Shown: one piece after another, positions 20,811 to 28,100 of the stretch
How the letters are laid out: every line of letters begins with the position of its first letter
Numbering within the stretch: position 1 is the first letter of the stretch
IMG/VR virus record: IMGVR_UViG_3300024268_000043
Location: 13,665 to 77,664 of that record
Source of the DNA: a virus
Lineage: Duplodnaviria; Heunggongvirae; Uroviricota; Caudoviricetes
Direction: 5' to 3' (one strand)
DNA length: 64,000 bases
Notes under the pieces: model-generated
Told to the model about the DNA's origin: nothing
What the model saw: only the letters and a program-made list of their open reading frames with translations
The model's database searches: none
Program-made: the position numbers and the translations under genes

Positions 20811-21456
20811 TTTTCTCCATCTCCTTTGCTCTTACAATTGCCTCAGCCATTTCCTGAATACGCTTCTCTCTTTCCATGGCACGCTTCTTCTCCCAGTGCT
20901 TCTGCAACTTCTTGCGATTCTTTTCGGCGGCAATTCTCTTCTTTTCCTCTTCCTTGGCTTTCTTCTTCTTGTCTGCCTCTGCCTTGTTGTAAATATCCGT
21001 AGCATAAGAAAGTAGCTTACCAAGAATAGCGGTACCTTCCTTACCAATCATCTCTTTTACGATACATCTGAGGAGACCGTCTTCAAGAGAAAATGCGTCA
21101 CCCTTCTGTGCGGTAGACTTCTGAACGTCTCCATTCACGAATGTTACCTTAACCGTATTTTTATTAAATACTTCAACCGATTTAATAGCAGGAATGAGAT
21201 CTTTGCTATCGGTAAAGAATCCGTCCTTATAGAACCTAGCAACAACTCTTTTCTTAATTTCAAGAGAAGAACGCTGCTCTGTCCTAACCTCTGGTTTCTT
21301 TGTAGCCTCATTTATGGCAGATGTTACGTAGTCAGATGTGACAACAGTGCCACATATGTTATCAATTGTAGAATAGACTGAATTACTACAAGTAATAGCC
21401 GAACTGCCATCGTAGGTAAGAGTTGCATTCCCGTCTTTGTCTGTTTTCACAATCAT
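20803..21456 (-). CDS. hypothetical protein with lysine/glutamate-rich C-terminal coiled coil
   Basis: ORF, operon context. Confidence 0.4.
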   Translation of the reverse strand: MIVKTDKDGNATLTYDGSSAITCSNSVYSTIDNICGTVVTSDYVTSAINEATKKPEVRTEQRSSLEIKKRVVARFYKDGFFTDSKDLIPAIKSVEVFNKNTVKVTFVNGDVQKSTAQKGDAFSLEDGLLRCIVKEMIGKEGTAILGKLLSYATDIYNKAEADKKKKAKEEEKKRIAAEKNRKKLQKHWEKKRAMEREKRIQEMAEAIVRAKEMEKNV

Positions 21457-21488
21457 AATAATTTCTCCCTTTTCTTTTAAAATTTATT

Positions 21489-21749
21489 TTAAGCATTATT
21501 AAATGAAACCATAATAATATGACTATCTATTTTCGTTGTCTGTTCAAAATTTCCTAAACAAATAATTTCAAGATTAGAGCTTCTTAAATAATAAGGAATG
21601 TCTTTGAAGTAATGTTTGCCCTCGTAAATGTCGTCACAGACATATTCATACATATATTCGAGAGCCGTAGGAATATTTTCTGCGACAATAACAAACCCTT
21701 TATAACAATCGTAATCATAATCCTTAACCGTAATCTTAAAAAGTTTCAT
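21489..21749 (-). CDS. hypothetical protein
   Basis: ORF preceded by the leader motif and GGAGACGA RBS. Confidence 0.35.
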   Translation of the reverse strand: MKLFKITVKDYDYDCYKGFVIVAENIPTALEYMYEYVCDDIYEGKHYFKDIPYYLRSSNLEIICLGNFEQTTKIDSHIIMVSFNNA

Positions 21750-21761
21750 ATCGTCTCCTAA

Positions 21762-22322
21762 TCATTTTGTTTTGTTATATCCATCAATAATTTCGTCAAG
21801 CGTCCGGGGCGTATAATCCATATACGGAATCATTGCTCCGCAATTATACATTTCACAGGGCTTCGTATAAAGCTCTTCGAACAGATACTTATTATGCTCC
21901 ATCATATTCCACTCAAATGAAGTATGAACATGACCATATAAGTGATACCAGCCATAGAAGTGGTTTCTGTAACAAGGTATAGGATAGTGACAAAGCACTA
22001 CTTTTCTGCCGTTATCATCAATCACCTTATACTCTTTGACATCTGCAAAATATCGGCGAGTTTTATTTGGTGCAATATCATGATTGCCTTGGATTAAAGT
22101 TTTCTGCCCATTAAGCCTTGAAAGTATTTCAAGCCATCTATCTTCTTTCTTCCAACAAAAATCACCAAGTATATAAACGTGGTCTTCATTGGTTACGGCA
22201 TTATTCCAATTTTCAATCATCTTTTCATTCATTTCGTCCACATCTTTAAAGGGACGAGCGTCAAAATGAAGACAATTAGCATGGTCAAAATGCAAATCTG
22301 CAATATAAAAATTCTTGCCCAT
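21762..22322 (-). CDS. calcineurin-like metallophosphoesterase
   Basis: DLHFDH ... GDFCW ... GNHD metal-binding motifs. Confidence 0.75.
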   Translation of the reverse strand: MGKNFYIADLHFDHANCLHFDARPFKDVDEMNEKMIENWNNAVTNEDHVYILGDFCWKKEDRWLEILSRLNGQKTLIQGNHDIAPNKTRRYFADVKEYKVIDDNGRKVVLCHYPIPCYRNHFYGWYHLYGHVHTSFEWNMMEHNKYLFEELYTKPCEMYNCGAMIPYMDYTPRTLDEIIDGYNKTK

Positions 22323-22346
22323 CTTAAACTCCTTTCTTTATTAATC

Positions 22347-22598
22347 TTAATCACCGAGCGTCATCGGTGTATAACAATTTTCACAAATTCGTTCGCCATT
22401 CGCAAGTTCAATGTGATCGCCGTAAATCCATTCGCTACAACAACCACAACGATATGTTTTTACATAATCACCTTTACAAACAGGACATCCACTAACCGTT
22501 TCCGAACACGGTATGCCCCAAAATTCACCTCGGTCTTCTTGCCACACAGCAATTTCATCCTCTTCAAACAATGCACCACAATCTAAACATACAAGCAT
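22347..22598 (-). CDS. small zinc-ribbon protein
   Basis: CLDCG...CPVCKG...CGCC...CENC; leader motif upstream. Confidence 0.35.
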   Translation of the reverse strand: MLVCLDCGALFEEDEIAVWQEDRGEFWGIPCSETVSGCPVCKGDYVKTYRCGCCSEWIYGDHIELANGERICENCYTPMTLGD

Positions 22599-22718
22599 TC
22601 ACTTCCCTCCAATCATTTTGTTGTGTCTATATTATATATCCAAACTTCCTCAATGTCAATACATTTATGTAAATGTTTACATTTTATTAACAAATAAAGG
22701 CATAGCCAAAGCTACACC

Positions 22719-23540
22719 CTATAATTTCTTTGTGTAAGTTAAGCAGATCCATCCGGCACCACTCAACAATTTGCCCCAAACATCATTGCCAACAACCTTT
22801 TCTTCTATTATTGTATAAACTTCATTCATCTTGACAGTTGTTACAATATTATGATTTGTTCCAGCACCCTTTCTAACATTTAGCACATCAGTTGTCACTC
22901 TTACTAAATATCTTGCTTGCATACTTAAGAATGACTCTACTAACTTTCTAAAGTCGCCCATAGTCTTCCCGTGCTTCTTGAACCAATGTTCTGGATCTGC
23001 GTGATTAGATGCATAACCTTTTCTGTATGCCTCGCAGTGCCCTACAATTGTCGCTGGATGAAGATTGAACTGTTTGCAAAGCATAGCACAGTATTCGGCA
23101 GCAGTGCTAAATACGGCATTAAAATAAGCCTCATTTGTTAAATCATCCTCGCATAATTCAATCTGAATATGTCCAGTTGGATTGTAGTTGTAACTTCCGT
23201 GTTTTCCCCTACCACATCCCCAACAAGCGTAATTATAAGGTAGAATGTTTGCCACTCTTACCTTGTTATACTTATCGTAGCCAATGAAACTATGTACACA
23301 CTGCTCGCCAATTTTGTTTGATGGATTGTTCCAATGGTTGTTGTACCAATTCTTGCCGCATTCAGATGGACAATCTACGTATCTTTTTAAGTTTGGATTG
23401 TTTGCTCCAGTGCTATGTAATACAATTCCTACTGGAGTCATTGGTTGTTTAATAACATAACAATCATTTTTGGTAGCATAAGCTGTAATAATATTCATAA
23501 AAAAATCACTCCTCGTATAATCATCAATTCCATTATACAA
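22719..23540 (-). CDS. endolysin: N-acetylmuramoyl-L-alanine amidase (Amidase_2/PGRP) with C-terminal SH3b domain
   Basis: Amidase_2-like His/Cys zinc ligands (VLHSTG...H...C); C-terminal VRVTTDVLNVRKGAGTNH...WGKL SH3_3-like; own consensus promoter. Confidence 0.7.
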   Translation of the reverse strand: MYNGIDDYTRSDFFMNIITAYATKNDCYVIKQPMTPVGIVLHSTGANNPNLKRYVDCPSECGKNWYNNHWNNPSNKIGEQCVHSFIGYDKYNKVRVANILPYNYACWGCGRGKHGSYNYNPTGHIQIELCEDDLTNEAYFNAVFSTAAEYCAMLCKQFNLHPATIVGHCEAYRKGYASNHADPEHWFKKHGKTMGDFRKLVESFLSMQARYLVRVTTDVLNVRKGAGTNHNIVTTVKMNEVYTIIEEKVVGNDVWGKLLSGAGWICLTYTKKL

Positions 23541-23559
23541 GGAGCAATCTTATTTGTCA
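23531..23559 (-). promoter_or_regulatory. sigma70 consensus promoter (TTGACA-17-TATAAT) for the endolysin
   Basis: Minus-strand TTGACAAATAAGATTGCTCCTTGTATAAT; the ACAAAATGATT motif abuts the -35. Confidence 0.6.
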
Positions 23560-23560
23560 A

Positions 23561-24007
23561 TCATTTTGTATTGTTATTATACCATTGCATAAATTCTGTG
23601 CCGAATTTTGTAGCATCTCTCTCATACCATACAGCATCATATTCAGGTAGATCATCCGAGTTTACAACTCCATTGTCAACAACCCATCGTCTACACCAGT
23701 AACGAATTGCCGAAGGAATTGCAACAACGAAAGGCATAAATGGACCAAGCAGACAGTTCTGAATGGCATGTCCAACTTCGTGGTTTTTAGTGTGCTCCGA
23801 AGGATTTCGACTTGTTACAAAGATTGGTCCAAGGTTTACGCCGCCCCAATCTTCTCCAATTTCGAAATAATAACAGTATCCCCATTTCTTAGGTTTATAT
23901 CCCATTGCAAGTAAGACACCTGCCGCAATAAACCCAATCAAGGTCATTATACATCCCCAAGTGCAAGACAAGAAGTAAAATACAAATTTATTTCGTATCA
24001 TAATCAA
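23561..24007 (-). CDS. membrane protein with HExxH zinc-metallopeptidase-like motif
   Basis: Two hydrophobic segments; NHEVGHAIQN. Confidence 0.4.
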   Translation of the reverse strand: MIMIRNKFVFYFLSCTWGCIMTLIGFIAAGVLLAMGYKPKKWGYCYYFEIGEDWGGVNLGPIFVTSRNPSEHTKNHEVGHAIQNCLLGPFMPFVVAIPSAIRYWCRRWVVDNGVVNSDDLPEYDAVWYERDATKFGTEFMQWYNNNTK

Positions 24008-24163
24008 TCTCCTTATTAACCGAGTGCTTTAAACTGTCTTTCAAGCTTTTTAATTATCGGATAATTATCCTTACCTCTTGATCTAAGACGGTCAATTCTG
24101 TTTTGAATTGCAAGTTTCTTGAATTCAGTGTTCATAAGTTTTCTCTCTTTTATAAAAAAATAA

Positions 24164-24240
24164 TGGTCGGGATGAGGTGAGTCGAACACCCTGCATCTAG
24201 TTCCCAAAACTAGTGCCTTGACCGATAGGCTACATCCCGA
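24164..24240 (-). tRNA. tRNA-Pro (anticodon UGG)
   Basis: Canonical cloverleaf built by hand: acceptor CGGGATG/CATCCCG, D-arm GCCTATCGGTCAAGGC, anticodon loop TTTGGGA, T-loop TTCGACT, CCA encoded. Confidence 0.8.
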
Positions 24241-24242
24241 TT

Positions 24243-24333
24243 TGGCGGCGAACCAGGGACTCGAACCCTGAAGGGCTTTCACACCCACGGCAGTTTTCAG
24301 GACTGCTGTCTTACCAATTAGACTAATTCGCCG
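24243..24333 (-). tRNA. tRNA-Ser (anticodon UGA), type II with long variable arm
   Basis: Acceptor CGGCGAA/TTCGCCG perfect 7 bp, T-loop TTCGAGT, long variable arm, anticodon loop containing TGA; CCA encoded. Confidence 0.6.
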
Positions 24334-24339
24334 TATATA

Positions 24340-24590
24340 GGCAGTGTGCTACCACTACACTACCGGGCCAATGCATATACATCAACCCAGACCGGAATCG
24401 AACCGGTGTTACTGCCTGTGGTGCCCCGAGCGGGAATTGAACCCGCGACCCACAGATTATGGTGGTTGAAGCAAGCTTCGAACTTGCGTCCCTCCCCTGC
24501 CTTCTCGGCTACCAGGGAGACTCTATCCAGTTGAGTTATTCAACCAAAGTCTGTTGCTCTACCATCTGAGCTACCGGAGCATATATTAAA
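24340..24590 (-). other. cluster of tRNA-like fragments / irregular tRNA-like elements (possible pseudo-tRNAs)
   Basis: Several canonical 5' halves (acceptor + D-arm: GGCCCGGTAGTGTAGTGGTAGCAC; GCTCCGGTAGCTCAGATGGTAGAGC) and 3' halves (T-arm + acceptor + CCA) whose acceptor strands do not pair with one another; one 91-nt element (GGTTGAA...TTCAACCACCA) has a matching acceptor but a 28-nt anticodon region. Confidence 0.35.
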
Positions 24591-24809
24591 TAACACTTCC
24601 TCCCATCACCAGATTCCGCTTTATGATGGGCCATTTTATGACTGCTTACGGGTCGTAACTTCTCTGAGCGGTTACGGGCGACTTATCACGAGTTCATTAG
24701 GACTTCTACCTTACGGTAATTCTCGACTTAGGTCATCTCTGGCACTCTTCTATCTATTTTCATAGACCTGATATCAGGCGTGTTATTTTATAACAAAGAA
24801 TAATATACT

Positions 24810-25358
24810 TTATCCACAAGTAGACCAAACGGGGTCTTTCTTGTATGCAATGTCACTTTCCGTAAAGTAAACATTGGTCTTATCAATAATCTTCTTGGCA
24901 CCAAACTCTTCTGCATGATCGTGGAAAGCACGGGCCTTGCCATACTTGTTCATACAGTCTCTGAAAGCCTTGTCAGACTCGCCAAGAATATAAACCTCTT
25001 CATAAGAACAAATCGGAATAGGAATGATGGGGGCAAGGAAAGTCTGTCTTAAGCCAAGCCAATATTCCATATTCTTTTCTCCCCAATCAAAATTAGCCTC
25101 CTTACCATAGAAGAGTCTTGTGCAATCCCAATAGGGGCAGCTTTCAGAACCAGCCGCCATAGGCTCTATCCACTTATCAATCTGTTTGTCGTGACCTACA
25201 ATAATCTCACCGAGATGATTGGGCGAACCTAAAGTACCCTCGATCTTAGACTGTCTTTTAGCTTCTTTACGCGCCTTAAATACTTCGAGGCAGTTGCCAA
25301 TATCTCTCAAGCCTAAAACTCGCTTGAATGCCCAATTAAATAACATTTGCTTATTCAT
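24810..25358 (-). CDS. hypothetical protein embedded in the tRNA array
   Basis: 182-aa ORF between the tRNA-like fragments and tRNA-Trp; no recognisable motif. Confidence 0.4.
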   Translation of the reverse strand: MNKQMLFNWAFKRVLGLRDIGNCLEVFKARKEAKRQSKIEGTLGSPNHLGEIIVGHDKQIDKWIEPMAAGSESCPYWDCTRLFYGKEANFDWGEKNMEYWLGLRQTFLAPIIPIPICSYEEVYILGESDKAFRDCMNKYGKARAFHDHAEEFGAKKIIDKTNVYFTESDIAYKKDPVWSTCG

Positions 25359-25399
25359 TTTCTCAAACCTCTTTCATAATATTTTAATTCTTTTATTTT

Positions 25400-25473
25400 T
25401 TGGCAGGAGAGCAGGGATTCGAACCCCGATTGACCGTTTTGGAGACGGTGAGCCTACCGTTGACAGACTCTCC
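25400..25473 (-). tRNA. tRNA-Trp (anticodon CCA)
   Basis: Acceptor AGGAGAG/CTCTCCT, anticodon arm ACCGT-CTCCAAA-ACGGT, T-arm CGGGGTTCGAATCCCTG, CCA encoded; D-arm irregular. Confidence 0.55.
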
Positions 25474-25476
25474 TAT

Positions 25477-25551
25477 ATGGCAGAGGTAGTATGATTCGAA
25501 CATACGAATGAGGGAGTCAAAGTCCCTTGCCTTACCGCTTGGCTATACCCC
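25477..25551 (-). tRNA. tRNA-Gln (anticodon UUG)
   Basis: D-arm GCCAAGCGGTAAGGC identical to bacterial tRNA-Gln, anticodon arm AGGGA-CTTTGAC-TCCCT, T-loop TTCGAAT, CCA encoded. Confidence 0.85.
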
Positions 25552-25557
25552 TATAAT

Positions 25558-25649
25558 TTGGCGGAGAGGGTGAGATTCGAACTCACGAGCCCCCTTGAGG
25601 GCTGCCGCGTTAGCAGTGCGGTGCATTTAACCATGCTCTGCCACCTCTC
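25558..25649 (-). tRNA. tRNA-Ser (anticodon GCU), type II
   Basis: Acceptor GGAGAGG/CCTCTCC, D-arm GCAGAGCATGGTTAAATGC, anticodon loop CTGCTAA, long variable arm, T-arm GTGAGTTCGAATCTCAC, CCA encoded. Confidence 0.75.
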
Positions 25650-27265
25650 CATATTAAATGCAGCCTTACCCTAACTGCCACTGGTAATCGTTATCCCAAC
25701 CTTCTTTCGAAGTTGCCAGTCCCTTCAAGTGTTTGCTTTACCATCAACCGCAGATTCCATCACACTCGGCCCTTCAATCAGATGCACAATGATAAAGCGA
25801 TGATTTGCAAATCATTTTTGCCCTTGTCGGGCTAAACTTGTGGCTGGACTTACACCTCTACAAGATGCCCTTCCACTACGCATATAAACCCCTCACTTTC
25901 TTTGATGGTGGAGGAAACCACATTTTGTAGTCAATTCACAAAATGGCTTTACCGAGTTTCACGGTCTTTTTAGATGAAGCGTCCTGCAGTCGTTACCTGC
26001 CACTTGGAGTCCCTTCAACCTGTCAATAGGATATTCGTATCATTCGGATTTCCCGACTTTTTTCGAATAGTAGTATGTTATAACTACACGCCATTACTAA
26101 GCCTTTCGATGCTTCCCGAGTACAGCCCAGCGAAGACGCACTCGTTATGAATTTGAAGACCTCATCCGTATCGTGTTTGCAACCACTACACAGGAAAAAC
26201 TAATATCGTACTCATTATTTCAGAGCATTGATATTCTCAAAAGCCTTAGCCTTCTCGACTTTTATCCCACATGTGCTACCACCTTGTTTTATGACTACAA
26301 GGAAAACAATAATATGACTGGCTCACCCGCAAAAACAGTCTGGATAAAATGCTCTCTGGTGATGATTGTAGCTCCACCTAAACTCCACAGTCTTTCACTT
26401 TATCACTATGCCCTTCACTACAAATCGGCGGGTTTTTAAAACGGAAACGCCATTGCTGACGAAACCTCAACTCAACCCACACTACTACAAGCCTAATCAC
26501 TTGGCGCGAATTGAAGCCCTCAGTGAGTTTACACTTACATTGCCACGCGAGAAAGGATGGGTGAGTAATGGTAGTTTTCTTTCGGCTTTCACCTATCGTA
26601 GAATTGGCTCACTATCAACCGTTTGTGCTTCTCCCTAACCCCTTCACTCCCTACGCCGAGCAAAGGTCTTCATCGGATTCGATACCGCCTCAAGAATGCG
26701 ATAACATGGACCGGTCTACCAGTCGTGCAGATTTGCTCCCATTCACCAGAGAAGACTTCTCCCTTTTTCTGTTGTGTAACCAACGCTCCGTCCCTTACAT
26801 ACGGAATTAAAGAGGGTGAATTGTGATACTTACCTACCCGCAGGATAATGTAAGTTGTTCGTTAATCCTTGCAGTAGAAACCCCTCAACATTCATTGAGT
26901 ACCGATTTACCACATACCTACTTCTACTGGATTGGATCAACCTTTAAATCACTCGCTTGATTAGGTGCAAGCGAACACCAATTATGGCAGGTTGACAACC
27001 TCTCTGCCACGAGGTTTACTTAGTTAGGTGGAGTTTCCTCCGCAATAAAATTAATCATAATTCAATCTCCTTTCCTAAGTAGATTTGCAAGCCTACGCAC
27101 ATCCTCGCTTGCCTTCTATCCTACCGAGCCTCAGTTTACTGCAGACACCGAGGTGATCCTGTGCGTTTCCGACGGTTAAGGATAACCGCTTTGTCACCGT
27201 TTGTCTTACACGGGCAGAAATTTGTCCGAGAATACCAATATCAGTTTAAAATATGTAGTCCAGAA
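25650..27265 (-). ncRNA. about 1.6 kb ORF-free, GC-enriched region: candidate large structured non-coding RNA (GOLLD/ROOL-like, or an ORF-less intron)
   Basis: No ORF above 90 aa on either strand in an otherwise gene-dense genome; GC content visibly higher than flanking coding DNA; embedded in the tRNA/Y-RNA array, the typical neighbourhood of phage-borne giant ornate RNAs. Confidence 0.4.
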
Positions 27266-27269
27266 CCAA

Positions 27270-28095
27270 ATGTACTATGAAGTAACTGATAAAACCGCAT
27301 CGGAACAATATTATATTTTCGAGGATATTTTATAGAGTAAACAAATATGCATAATATAAGGGAGTTATATAATTCAAACTTATCATTAATTTCTATGAAG
27401 TAACTCTATAATCTGCATCGAAAATAGTTTTTTCATTTGAATTTACGAGAATAAATGTAACAGTACATTATAACGTTGCGCTACCAACTGCGCCACCTCC
27501 CGTTATAGTCGGGAGGGTAGGACTCGAACCTACGACACACGGCACCCAAAGCAAGAAGTAACTGTTACGACTGCATCGTAAATATGGTATAAGAATTATG
27601 AGAATAACTAGATTAGTAATTTTAGCGCTCTACCTGCTGAGCTACAACCCAATTGGGTAGGTTGGATTCGAACCAACGACCTCTCGGTTAACAGCCGAAG
27701 TAACTAATCTAACTGCATCATAATTAATATCTGTGTAATTTGTGAGAATATCGACAATAGTATAAAGGCACCTTTGCCTATAACAAATGGACGTTATAAA
27801 AAGAATTGAACTTTTCGAAGTAACTATCATCACTGCATCACAAATAGTTTATGCTATTAAATTTCTGAGAGTATCGAAATGAGTTTATGTAAACTAATTG
27901 GAAGTTAGTAGGTATTTTGATTAGAAGTCAAAGCCTGAAGTAACTCATTTCACTGCATCAGAAATGTAGTCCAAGGAAGAAATGCTTGAGAAAAACGACA
28001 ATGCTAAAGTACGGACTCGAACCGCTATATCAGTTTTCAAGACTAATTTTCAACCAGATGAAGTAAGCATTAATCACTGCATCAAGCATTTATAT
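27270..28095 (-). ncRNA. tandem array of about 7 Y-RNA-like (YrlA-like) tRNA-mimic modules immediately upstream of the Ro60/Rsr gene
   Basis: Seven copies of a conserved 23-nt element (minus strand GATGCAG-N7/8-AGTTACTTC) at 119-158 nt spacing. Modules at about 27440-27578 and 27580-27722 carry a canonical T-arm (GTAGGTTCGAGTCCTAC; GTTGGTTCGAATCCAAC) and D-arm (GCGCAGTTGGTAGCGC; GCTCAGCAGGTAGAGC) in which the acceptor 3' strand is joined directly to its complementary 5' strand (CCTCCCG-ACTATAA-CGGGAGG; CTACCCA-AT-TGGGTTG), while sequences flanking the module are mutually complementary. This is the topology described for bacterial Y RNAs: tRNA-like domain closed at the acceptor, long Ro-binding stem formed by the ends. 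Confidence 0.55.
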
Positions 28096-28100
28096 TAAAA

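Noticed and set aside
24016-24288. 90-aa minus-strand ORF
   Set aside because: It overlaps tRNA-Pro and tRNA-Ser; it is an artefact of reading through structured RNA genes.
25650-27265. rRNA or RNase P fragment
   Set aside because: No recognisable universal rRNA or RNase P conserved blocks were seen by eye. They cannot be fully excluded without a covariance-model search.
27440-27722. Circularly permuted tRNA genes (red-alga style)
   Set aside because: The 3'-half-then-5'-half order with complementary flanks initially suggested permuted tRNAs. The adjacent Ro60/TROVE gene and the flank-flank helix match the known Y-RNA (YrlA) architecture better, so permuted tRNAs are kept only as an alternative.
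27270-28095. CRISPR array
   Set aside because: The repeats are 23 nt and the intervening segments are 96-135 nt, of unequal length. They contain recognisable T-arm and D-arm tRNA elements and there is no cas gene nearby. The Y-RNA-like interpretation fits better.
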